From an uncultured Alphaproteobacteria bacterium (lineage in GTDB: Bacteria > Pseudomonadota > Alphaproteobacteria > HIMB59): a DNA stretch of 64,000 bases. Under the pieces are notes generated by a model. That model had not been told where the DNA came from. It did no database searches and saw only the letters and a list, made by a program, of their open reading frames with translations. Below are positions 42,746-51,495 of this stretch, one piece after another. The first letter of the stretch is position 1. Each line of letters opens with the position of its first letter. Location: NCBI GenBank assembly GCA_902599045.1, contig CACKEA010000001.1, forward strand, positions 204,985 through 268,984, given 5' to 3'. The position numbers and the translations under genes are program-made.

Positions 42746-43648
42746 ATGAAAATATTCTTTCTTCTGTTTATTTTTCTACCCAGTTTAGTACTTGGTTCAA
42801 ATTTTAATGAAATAAAAAAAGTTTTAAAACAGGATGGTTTTGGAATTATAATACCTGAGGAGTTTCATTCTTTAAATTCACCAAAAGCAAAAAATCCTAT
42901 TTCAGTAAGTGATATTTCAATAATTGGAGACAAATCTATAATGTTTGAAGTAAACAACGGAGAATGTGGAGAAGGGTCTAAATCAAGCGATTGTGATACT
43001 GATAGAGAGAGGTCTGAAATATATTATAGTCACGAAAAGTGGAAGGAGGAGAAGTGGTATAAGTTCTATATTTTACTTCCAAAAGACTATAACTCTATTG
43101 CTCCATCAAAAATGTCACTAATTCAATGGAAAAGACATAATCCATCTAAAGTTTTAGTTATGTTTCAACACACTCATGCAGGATTGACTTTTAACAGAAA
43201 CGGGACTTCATTTGAGGACTCTCACATAGTTTTAAAAAGCAATGATGACCTTTTAGGACAATGGACAGAAATAATTTTTAACACTAATTGGCACCCAGAT
43301 GAAAATAAAGGCTTCATGAGAGTATGGATAGATGGCATTTTAAAAGTTGATTTCAAAGGAATTAGCAATACATCTGAAGGCGAAGAGTTAAACCTTAGGT
43401 ATGGATTATACGCCTCTGCAATCTCACGTTACAAAAAAGTATTTAATACCGAGATAGTCCCACAGCGAGTCATTTATTTTGATGGTGTGAGTGCGGAGTC
43501 TAAATGTGAAAAGTTACTAGATAAGACTGAATGTAATAAATTATTTTCTCAAACAATCGAAAAATATGAATTATTTATGTATGATAAAAATGATAAAAAA
43601 TTTCATAACCATTCTATTGTTAAATTACCAATAAATTTTTTAAAATAA
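42746..43648 (+). CDS. Exported polysaccharide lyase-like (jelly-roll, heparin lyase I-like) protein
   Basis: Signal peptide; DC..DRERSE, W.Y.F....P.D, QW, W.....N.NW, G.MRVW.DG, ..YGLY pattern; family call from memory only. Confidence 0.6.
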   Translation: MKIFFLLFIFLPSLVLGSNFNEIKKVLKQDGFGIIIPEEFHSLNSPKAKNPISVSDISIIGDKSIMFEVNNGECGEGSKSSDCDTDRERSEIYYSHEKWKEEKWYKFYILLPKDYNSIAPSKMSLIQWKRHNPSKVLVMFQHTHAGLTFNRNGTSFEDSHIVLKSNDDLLGQWTEIIFNTNWHPDENKGFMRVWIDGILKVDFKGISNTSEGEELNLRYGLYASAISRYKKVFNTEIVPQRVIYFDGVSAESKCEKLLDKTECNKLFSQTIEKYELFMYDKNDKKFHNHSIVKLPINFLK

Positions 43649-43680
43649 AAAAGTTTAAATTCAAAAAATATTTTATTTTT

Positions 43681-43835
43681 ATTACGGGCACATTACGGGA
43701 TACATAGATAAAATGTTGTTAAAGCTCTATGAAACGTATTGATAATAAATGAATTAAAGAGACGTAGGATATCCGTAGTCAAGTGTGATATCCGTTTCAC
43801 CACAGAGCCGTTAGTTTGATTTATATACTCTTTTT
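43681..43835. repeat. 155-bp att-like repeat, copy B
   Basis: Matches 42537-42691; contains 39-bp tRNA-Arg 5' half at 43771-43809 (38/39). Confidence 0.92.
43683..43699 (+). repeat. Paired direct repeat TACGGG-N5-TACGGG, cassette 2 right
   Basis: tacggg-cacat-tacggg, 88 nt before core. Confidence 0.7.
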
Positions 43836-44289
43836 AAACTCTAAAATAGGCTTTTACTTGTGGTCGAAACATTAATAAAAGAGCGATAAATTGTATTAAT
43901 GTGTTTAAACTTAAAATCGTTCTTATGCTCATTTCATTAATGCCAATCTCTGGAAAAGGTGAGAAAGGTGCTGAAAAAGAGTGTGATAATGCTCCAAATA
44001 AATCAAAAATCCCAACCGCATTCCAAGCTAGCAAAATTCCCCAAAGTAAAGCTGATGGCTTTTTCCATATCCTATAAGCAAGAAATAATGCAGTAGTGCC
44101 TATCACGAAATCGCCAAGAAAAGCTATAGTCCAATCAGATGAAGCTGCACGTTCACTTCCTATAGCTCCGAGTGTAAGAAAAAGACCAGAGCCAACTGCT
44201 CTAAACACCATCCATCCAGTTGTAAAAATTAATAATTTTACTTGAATATGCATCTTTATAACTCTAGATAAATAATGTGAATTATACAA
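43834..44289 (-). CDS. Hypothetical 4-TM membrane protein
   Basis: Hydrophobic helices; real start probably the internal Met (44253). Confidence 0.7.
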   Translation of the reverse strand: MYNSHYLSRVIKMHIQVKLLIFTTGWMVFRAVGSGLFLTLGAIGSERAASSDWTIAFLGDFVIGTTALFLAYRIWKKPSALLWGILLAWNAVGIFDLFGALSHSFSAPFSPFPEIGINEMSIRTILSLNTLIQFIALLLMFRPQVKAYFRV

Positions 44290-44292
44290 CTA

Positions 44293-45081
44293 ATGAAAAA
44301 AACTTTTTTTAAAATCAGGGAAAGTAAAGTATTTCAATACACAGTTTTATTGATAATCATTTTTAATGCATTTACGATTGGTCTAAATACATACGAATTA
44401 GGTGAAATTTCAAGAATACTTATTAAATATCTAGATTATTTGATAACCATATTTTTCGTTATAGAAATTACAATTCGTTTTATTGGTGAGCCTAAAAAAT
44501 CAAATTTTTTAAAAAATGGTTGGAATATTTTTGATACTATCATTGTATTAGTCTCCTTAATACCAATACCTAATAACTCTAGTTTTTTATTATTTAGATT
44601 ATTAAGAGTATTTAGAGTTTTAAGAGTAATTTCAATTATACCTGAGCTAAAATTAATAATTGAGTCTTTGATCGGATCTCTAAAAAGAGTTTTTTATGTA
44701 AGTTTGTTGTTATTTATTATTCTCTACATTTACGCCACGATTGGCTCAATAGTCTTTTCTGATAATATACCTTCTCGATGGTCTGATGTGGGAGTTTCGA
44801 TGATCACTTTATTTCAAGTTTTAACCCTTTCATCATGGGAGCAGGTTATGCTTCCCCTTCAAGACGTGCATTGGTGGGCATGGATTTATTTTTTTAGCTT
44901 CATAATTGTTTGTGCCATTACAATGTTAAATCTCTTAATTGCAATTTTAGTTGATGTTGTTGTTAATCAGAATGATAAGAAAGAGGATGTTGCTAATATG
45001 AAACTAAGAAATAATGTTGAAAAGTTAAACGAACAATTTTCAGAAGAAATTAACCTAGATAAGTTAAAAAGAGACCAATAA
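44293..45081 (+). CDS. Voltage-gated ion channel, BacNav-like (6 TM)
   Basis: S4 RLLRVFRVLRV, WNIFD, pore TLFQVLTLSSWEQVM, S6 NLLIAILVD. Confidence 0.9.
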   Translation: MKKTFFKIRESKVFQYTVLLIIIFNAFTIGLNTYELGEISRILIKYLDYLITIFFVIEITIRFIGEPKKSNFLKNGWNIFDTIIVLVSLIPIPNNSSFLLFRLLRVFRVLRVISIIPELKLIIESLIGSLKRVFYVSLLLFIILYIYATIGSIVFSDNIPSRWSDVGVSMITLFQVLTLSSWEQVMLPLQDVHWWAWIYFFSFIIVCAITMLNLLIAILVDVVVNQNDKKEDVANMKLRNNVEKLNEQFSEEINLDKLKRDQ

Positions 45082-45293
45082 TGACAGCGGATATATTGAT
45101 GCCAATTATCTATTTAGTTTGTTTACTAATTTTAATTGGTCCTCGTTTCTTAGAAACGAATTCCTCTTTCAAACAACTACTTAATAATCTGAGTATATGG
45201 GCTTTAATAATCATTTTGATATCTTTGGGCTATCAGTTTTATAATTATTTCATTCGCTAAAGTTTAAAAAGCATAGCTTGTATAAATTTTAAA
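45081..45293 (+). CDS. Small 2-TM membrane protein (70 aa, not in ORF track)
   Basis: ATG overlaps channel stop (TAATG); MTADILMPIIYLVCLLILIGPRFL...WALIIILISLGYQFY. Confidence 0.55.
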
Positions 45294-46448
45294 ATTTACC
45301 TCATCTTTAAATGAAGATTGATGGTAATCATCCTCAAGATTTATTGGTACATACATATCTATGCCCCCTTTAAACTGAGAAAAAAATCTACTCTCATAAT
45401 TAAAAGTCATAGCCCTGGTGTTTTTATCAATATCATTTTGTAAAGAAATAAAATATTGTGTGTCATCGATATCATTTAAGATTAACCTTGCTCCATAAAA
45501 TAAATCATTTTGATTACTGTGATGAGATTTAGATCCTCTTGAGTCATAAGTGTACTCTATGATATTTGATAGGTCCCAATTTTTTTCAAATAATCCATAC
45601 AGGGTGTGCTCAGTACCTACAATAAATCCATAATAATCGTCAATATTTCCATCTAAATTGTACTGATTACTTCGATTTATAAATTCTCCCTTATGTAAAA
45701 AATCTCCCTGAGTGGCTTGCAACTCAATTCCAATTTGAGTTATCTCTGAGTAATTAGGAACTAATTGATTTGATGAAACAATTAATGCTGGGTCTTTTGT
45801 ATTTCCTTTATAGAAAGTTAAACCATAATCGTATTCATCAAAATATCCAGACCAACGAAGTCCAATGCCTAAATTTTCTTTTTTTGCTCCTTTAGAGTAA
45901 TTATTTTTGGATTTAATATTTAAAGTTTGTTGTGAGCGAACCTGCGATTTGGGATAAATATTTGTATTAGACGGAAGAATATAAAAATCTAGCTCACTTG
46001 AAGAAAAATATCTTTTGATGTTGAACATTGTTTGTCCTATCTTTTTTCCAGATGCTAGACCAAGAGAATAATCTTTGGAATTGATAATATCTACGGGGTT
46101 GTAAAATTCATTTTTACCCCAAAAAACAATATTGTTACCAGCAAGAATATTGGTATTTTCAAAAGCGTAATCTAAATAAGCTTCGTTAAAATCTAGATTT
46201 TGTGCTGATCCTGGATAAGAGTCTTTAATATTCATTTTAAGCTTCCCAGTTAAATTATCTTTTTCAAAAAAATAGTTATACTCAACATTTGTTGAATTTA
46301 AAAAATTTTTTCTATTATCTCCTTCAATGTCTTCTAAAAATATAGTGGAGCTTACTTCTATTTCGCCGTAGTGTTCGGAATAAAACTCAGCTTTTGAATA
46401 AGAACTAATAAGTAGAAGATTTAATAAAATTAAAAAAAAATTTGTCAT
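45264..46448 (-). CDS. Putative outer-membrane beta-barrel protein
   Basis: Signal peptide, amphipathic beta strands, C-terminal Phe; third gene of MMPL operon. Confidence 0.7.
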   Translation of the reverse strand: MTNFFLILLNLLLISSYSKAEFYSEHYGEIEVSSTIFLEDIEGDNRKNFLNSTNVEYNYFFEKDNLTGKLKMNIKDSYPGSAQNLDFNEAYLDYAFENTNILAGNNIVFWGKNEFYNPVDIINSKDYSLGLASGKKIGQTMFNIKRYFSSSELDFYILPSNTNIYPKSQVRSQQTLNIKSKNNYSKGAKKENLGIGLRWSGYFDEYDYGLTFYKGNTKDPALIVSSNQLVPNYSEITQIGIELQATQGDFLHKGEFINRSNQYNLDGNIDDYYGFIVGTEHTLYGLFEKNWDLSNIIEYTYDSRGSKSHHSNQNDLFYGARLILNDIDDTQYFISLQNDIDKNTRAMTFNYESRFFSQFKGGIDMYVPINLEDDYHQSSFKDEVNFKIYTSYAF

Positions 46449-47251
46449 CTAGCCATTTTGGCTAATTTTTCTGGGTTAAAATCGTTAATTGACAAGTTTG
46501 TTTGAAATTCATAATTTTCCCAGGTAATGTTAGTTGATTTACCTGTTTGCAAGTTCTTCATTTCTAATAAATCTGCTCTCCAAAACTTATCTAAATATTT
46601 CTGATAACTTTTAAAATTTAGTTCTTTTTCGAGGTCACCACGTCTGTTATGAAATTTCACAGTTTGGTATCGTAGTTCACTTACATCAATATAAATTACT
46701 CTTTTGGAGTAACCTGATTTTTTATTTTTTGGAGTGGCTTCAATGACATGACATTGCAAACTAGGGTCAGCTGGACAATTTATATCCTCTAGCCATAAAA
46801 AATTATAATCTTCAGGCTCATCTGTTGATAAATCTTCGTATGAAAATTCCGATGATACAAATTTTCCAGTCCTATTAGATGAGGATATTCTTTTTACTCT
46901 TTTTAGAGCTGGAAGATAAAGCCATTGATCGTCATCTTTTGGTTCAATATTGGCATGAGTTAATAAAGATGTTCCTTTGACATCTCTTGGCTCAGTAAAA
47001 ACAATAATACTTTTATCTCCTAAAGTTTCATCAAGCTCTTCAAATATAAAATTTTTAAAACTTCTAACACTTTCATTGCCTGATTTATCTTTTAGTATCA
47101 TTTTTCCAACAACAGTGCTGTCGACAAAACCGTTATCTAAAGCAATACTTTTTTCAATAATCTCTAATCCTTTTTCTTCTGCGGACTGAGCAAAAATTTG
47201 ACTACAGAAAAGAGTCAAAATTGAAGTCAGAGTTATAATAAATATTTTCAT
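46445..47251 (-). CDS. Outer-membrane lipoprotein-sorting (LolA-like) protein
   Basis: F..P.DVKGT..L, DQWLYLPALKRVKRI, SEFSYED. Confidence 0.85.
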   Translation of the reverse strand: MKIFIITLTSILTLFCSQIFAQSAEEKGLEIIEKSIALDNGFVDSTVVGKMILKDKSGNESVRSFKNFIFEELDETLGDKSIIVFTEPRDVKGTSLLTHANIEPKDDDQWLYLPALKRVKRISSSNRTGKFVSSEFSYEDLSTDEPEDYNFLWLEDINCPADPSLQCHVIEATPKNKKSGYSKRVIYIDVSELRYQTVKFHNRRGDLEKELNFKSYQKYLDKFWRADLLEMKNLQTGKSTNITWENYEFQTNLSINDFNPEKLAKMAR

Positions 47252-49569
47252 GTTGTTTTCCTTTTTAATTTGAAGTTGTCGATCCAGATCAATACGGGAG
47301 GTAAAAGTAAATAATCAACTACTAAGGCAAATACAACAGTAATTGCTGTTAACTGGGCCATATCTTTATTCACAGCAAAACCTGATTGCGCCAAGACGCA
47401 GAAGCCTAAAAAAAGACCTATAGTTGTTGTTGTTAATGCCATACCTACTTTTTCGAATGCTTGTCTAACACTATCTTCAGGGGATTTTCCTTCCTTTCTA
47501 GCTTTAGCATACTTTAGCATAAAATGAACAGAGTCATCGACAACAATGCCTAAAGTCATCGCCACAACAATTGAGACAGCAAGAGTTACGGAGCCTGTAA
47601 AGTAACCCCATAAACCAAAAGCCATTGCTGCTGGAAGTAAATTAGGTATCAGACTCATTAATCCATATTTTACATTTCTAATCACTAGTAATATTATAAA
47701 GGAGATACCTATCAATGCTAAACCAGTACCTTTCAACATGGCTGGAACATCTCGAGAAGATATCTTGGAGAAGACCTGCGAAGTGCCCGTAGATTTGGTA
47801 CTAAGTTCAGGTGCGTTTTCATCAAACCAGCTTTGGACTTTTTTATCTAGCTCAAGGAAACCTTTGGTAGTAGTTTTTGACACATTAGCCGTCACTCTTA
47901 ATGCAGATTTATCGACATTTATTTGATCTGTTAAATCTAATCCATAGCCTAAAGATAACTCATACAGAAATAGGTATTGTGCTGCTTCAAGCTCTGAGTT
48001 AGGTACTTTATAAAAACTCTCGTCATCCTCATTAAAGTTTTGATTTAGTCGTTTCACAACATCTGTATAGGATCTCACGCTTGAAATATTTGGCTGACTC
48101 CTTAAGAAATTCACAAGTGCTTCAACCTTCATTAAATATTCAGGATCATTAACCCCATTTTCTTTACCAGAATTAACTGAATACTCTAATGCATTTAAAC
48201 CTGCAAAATTATCTTCGTAATAATCTATTGATTGTCTGAGTTCATACTCTGGCCCAAAATATCTAAGAAAATCATCCTCTAGAGAAATTTTTGATATTCC
48301 AAAAACTAAAATTGCTATTAATGCTGCGGTAAAAGCTAGTAATGAGTTCTTTCTTCTTATTACAAATTCTGCCAGAAAGCTCATACTCTTGTCCATTGTG
48401 GCTTTCTGATTTTGTTTTTTTAAAGGCAACAAACTAATAAGAGCAGGTAACATTGTAAGTGTATAAAACAAAGCTGCAATTACTCCGACGAATACGATAT
48501 TACCTAATTGTCTAAAGGGAGGTGAGATAGAAAAATTTAAAGATAAAAATCCAATAGCTGTTGTTAAACAAGCAACGGTAATCGCTGGACCGTGATCCAC
48601 TATAGCTCTTCTAACCCATTCATTTCTGTCAGGGGTAATGGTCATTGTTTGCCTGACAGAGGAGAGGATGTGAACTGCGCTCGCAACGGCAAGCGTCATT
48701 ACCATTAAAGGTGCTACAACAGTTGCATTATTAATGTTTGTGCCAGACCAACCCAAGGCTCCAACAGATGAGCCAGCACATAATACTATAATAATAAAAA
48801 TTAACCCTACCCCAAAAATAGTCCTAAGGATTATAGCAACTGCAATTAGTGTAACTAAGATCATCATTGGAGTTAACTTAGCCGTATCGTCTTGACCTGA
48901 GACACTGTATTGATTATTTAAAGGAACAAACCCAACCATTCTAAGCTCAATCTCAGGAAATTGACTCTCAAATTCTTTTTTAAGAATTTCTACTTCATTC
49001 ATGACATAAGGAATTTCAATAATTGCATCCTTGCCTGGCAAACGAAATAAAATATTTACTTGGGAAATTGAGTTATCAGAATTGATAAATGCATTTTTTA
49101 ATTCAATTCGAGAATTAGCAACTTCTTCAGCATAATTAGCATCCTCTTCTGAAATGTTTTCAATGTCTGTTATTAAATCCTCAACGATAAGACTATCGCC
49201 GTCTGCATAGCTATTTTGGTAATTAGTTAATGAGTAAACTGTCCGAACATAAGGCAATAACCATGCTTTTTCAGTAAGTATACCAATAGCATTTAGATTT
49301 TTAGGTGTAAAAATATCGCCATTTTTAGGAGATATAACAAAAGCCAGATTATCATCTTTTGAGTACTCCCCTTCAAAGTTTTCTAATGCTATTCTGTCAG
49401 GATTGTTTTCGTCAAAAAAAACTCTGGCGTCAGTATCAAATTTAATATTAGGGGCTCCTGCCATTAGGGCAAAAGCTATTACAAAACCAATTAGTATAAA
49501 AAAAATTCTTCTTTTAATAACTAACTCTGCAAGTTTGGGGAAAAAATTACTCATTTCGAATAGGTACAT
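47248..49569 (-). CDS. MMPL/RND family exporter
   Basis: Two repeats of TM + periplasmic domain; LTTAIGF, GIVVDDSVH. Confidence 0.9.
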   Translation of the reverse strand: MYLFEMSNFFPKLAELVIKRRIFFILIGFVIAFALMAGAPNIKFDTDARVFFDENNPDRIALENFEGEYSKDDNLAFVISPKNGDIFTPKNLNAIGILTEKAWLLPYVRTVYSLTNYQNSYADGDSLIVEDLITDIENISEEDANYAEEVANSRIELKNAFINSDNSISQVNILFRLPGKDAIIEIPYVMNEVEILKKEFESQFPEIELRMVGFVPLNNQYSVSGQDDTAKLTPMMILVTLIAVAIILRTIFGVGLIFIIIVLCAGSSVGALGWSGTNINNATVVAPLMVMTLAVASAVHILSSVRQTMTITPDRNEWVRRAIVDHGPAITVACLTTAIGFLSLNFSISPPFRQLGNIVFVGVIAALFYTLTMLPALISLLPLKKQNQKATMDKSMSFLAEFVIRRKNSLLAFTAALIAILVFGISKISLEDDFLRYFGPEYELRQSIDYYEDNFAGLNALEYSVNSGKENGVNDPEYLMKVEALVNFLRSQPNISSVRSYTDVVKRLNQNFNEDDESFYKVPNSELEAAQYLFLYELSLGYGLDLTDQINVDKSALRVTANVSKTTTKGFLELDKKVQSWFDENAPELSTKSTGTSQVFSKISSRDVPAMLKGTGLALIGISFIILLVIRNVKYGLMSLIPNLLPAAMAFGLWGYFTGSVTLAVSIVVAMTLGIVVDDSVHFMLKYAKARKEGKSPEDSVRQAFEKVGMALTTTTIGLFLGFCVLAQSGFAVNKDMAQLTAITVVFALVVDYLLLPPVLIWIDNFKLKRKTT

Positions 49570-49654
49570 AACTTTTATGAAAATTACATTAAAAAAAGAT
49601 CTATTTATTTATTCTTTTATATCATTAGCTTTATGCAAGAAATTAATAAATCAA

Positions 49655-50692
49655 TTAAATTTTTCTTGTTTGACCGTGGGCCATATAAGAAAACTCATCT
49701 TTATTTAATTTCAATTTTTTTGATAGTTGTTTAAGTAATTTAATTGGCTCATCCATTGGTTCATCAGTAAGTTGAAAAGTTCCCCAATGCATTGCTATAG
49801 ACTGTTTTGAATTAATATCTTTATGAATTTGAATTGCCTCTTCCACATTGCAATGTGAGTCTTTCATAAACCATCTTGGAGCATATGCTCCAATAGGTAT
49901 TGTAGATAAATCAAATTCACCAAATTTCTTTTGAATGTCTTGAAAATCTTTTGAGTAACCAGTATCACCTACAAAAAAATATTTAAAACTATTTGTCTTT
50001 ACAACCCACCCACACCACAATGTTTTGTTTGTATCGTTAAATGTTCTTTTACTCCAATGTTGAACTGGAACAGAGTAGATTTCTAAATTTTTATATTTAG
50101 ACATTTGCCACCACCCATGTTCAATCACATTACTTGCACCTAGTTTTGAAATAGTTTCTTTTAATTTTAGGGGTACAAAAAAAGTAGGTTGGTTAATATT
50201 CTGTTTTTTTAATAGTAGCTTAATAGTTTGCGCATCTAGATGATCATAATGATTGTGCGAAATTAAAACTAAATCTATAAACGGTAAGTCATCCATATTC
50301 AAACCTGGTGGTGTCGTTCTTGAGGGCCCCATAAAACTTAAAGGAGAGGCTCTTTTAGAAAAATGAGGGTCCGTAAGTATATTAATCCCATCAATTTGTA
50401 TTAAAAAAGTAGAATGCCCTACCCAAGTAATTGTTTTTTCAGATTTGTTGGATTTTAGATAGCTGGGATTATTTTTGACTACAGGAAAGCTCATAGGTTT
50501 TGGCTTATTTGATTCTTTCCTCCATTTCCAAAAATCTTTGAAACTGCTTTTATGCAGCACATAGTTATTAAGAAACATACCATCTTCCATATTGAAGGGT
50601 TTGAAGAGAGAATTTGCCATAGTTTTTGTTTTTAAAGATAAAAAAGATAATGAAAATAATATAATTTTTTTTATAAAATCTCTTCTTAGCAT
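49655..50692 (-). CDS. MBL-fold metallo-hydrolase (NAPE-PLD/RomA-like), Tat-like signal
   Basis: RRDF signal; WVGHST, SHNHYDHLD, GDTGY, PIGAY.PRWFM, HWGTF. Confidence 0.88.
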   Translation of the reverse strand: MLRRDFIKKIILFSLSFLSLKTKTMANSLFKPFNMEDGMFLNNYVLHKSSFKDFWKWRKESNKPKPMSFPVVKNNPSYLKSNKSEKTITWVGHSTFLIQIDGINILTDPHFSKRASPLSFMGPSRTTPPGLNMDDLPFIDLVLISHNHYDHLDAQTIKLLLKKQNINQPTFFVPLKLKETISKLGASNVIEHGWWQMSKYKNLEIYSVPVQHWSKRTFNDTNKTLWCGWVVKTNSFKYFFVGDTGYSKDFQDIQKKFGEFDLSTIPIGAYAPRWFMKDSHCNVEEAIQIHKDINSKQSIAMHWGTFQLTDEPMDEPIKLLKQLSKKLKLNKDEFSYMAHGQTRKI

Positions 50693-50713
50693 TTAAAACA
50701 AGTAATTAAAAAA

Positions 50714-51439
50714 TTAACTTTTGATTATATTAACGAAGTTTTTATACATTTGGTTGCACTGTTGCATCATCGTATCAATCTCTTTGTCTACCATGTCTTT
50801 CATTTGAGGTAAGGCATCAGCGCCAAGAGACTTTTCTAGGGCATTTTTATACTCAGGAACCCTAGCCCAATCATCAACTGTGGTCTTTCGAATTTCTAAA
50901 TGAAATTGAATTCCATAGGCATATTTTTCATAACCAAAAATTTGATACTTAGTTGAAGGCGAAGTACCAATAACTTGAACTTTAGAATTATTTTCCAATC
51001 CAATTACTTCATAAGAGTGCCATTGAAGAGCTTTAATCTTTTTTGGAAGAAAACTAAAGACTAGATCATCTTTAGCATTTGTTTCTATATCAATATCTAA
51101 TACGCCAATTTCTGGAGGTATTGACTCTACAACCTTACCTCCCAGCACTTCACCTAAAAGTTGACATCCCAAGCAAAACCCCAAAAATGGTTTTTTAAGA
51201 TTTAAGACATACTCTGCAATGGCTTTTTTTTCTTCTATTAACCAAGGATATTTATCTTCCATAAAAGTATCCATTGGACCCCCCATGCAAAGCATTGCAT
51301 CATAGCTATCAAGATTTGTTGGTATCACATCTCCCTGGTCTAATTGTATGGTCACGATTTCATGACCATCTGCTAAAAGATAATCTTTAAAAGTTCCAGG
51401 ATCTTCAATTTCAATATGTTGAAGAGATAAAAATTTCAT
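50714..51439 (-). CDS. Class I glutamine amidotransferase-like protein
   Basis: GGPM, GFCLGCQL, QWH, QFHLE. Confidence 0.88.
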   Translation of the reverse strand: MKFLSLQHIEIEDPGTFKDYLLADGHEIVTIQLDQGDVIPTNLDSYDAMLCMGGPMDTFMEDKYPWLIEEKKAIAEYVLNLKKPFLGFCLGCQLLGEVLGGKVVESIPPEIGVLDIDIETNAKDDLVFSFLPKKIKALQWHSYEVIGLENNSKVQVIGTSPSTKYQIFGYEKYAYGIQFHLEIRKTTVDDWARVPEYKNALEKSLGADALPQMKDMVDKEIDTMMQQCNQMYKNFVNIIKS

Positions 51440-51495
51440 AAAAACATAGACTGTTTGAATTTAATTCAAGAGTTTTAAATAGTTTCTTAGTTGTT

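Larger units (their letters stand above)
42666..43809. mobile_element. Integrative cassette 2 (single cargo gene, no integrase)
   Basis: Flanked by tRNA 5'-half copies at 42627-42665 and 43771-43809; arm motifs at both ends. Confidence 0.8.

Noticed and set aside
42537-43835. CRISPR array or classical integron attC sites
   Set aside because: Only two 155-bp repeats about 1.1 kb apart, built on tRNA sequence; no cas genes, no intI, no attC-type long imperfect palindrome
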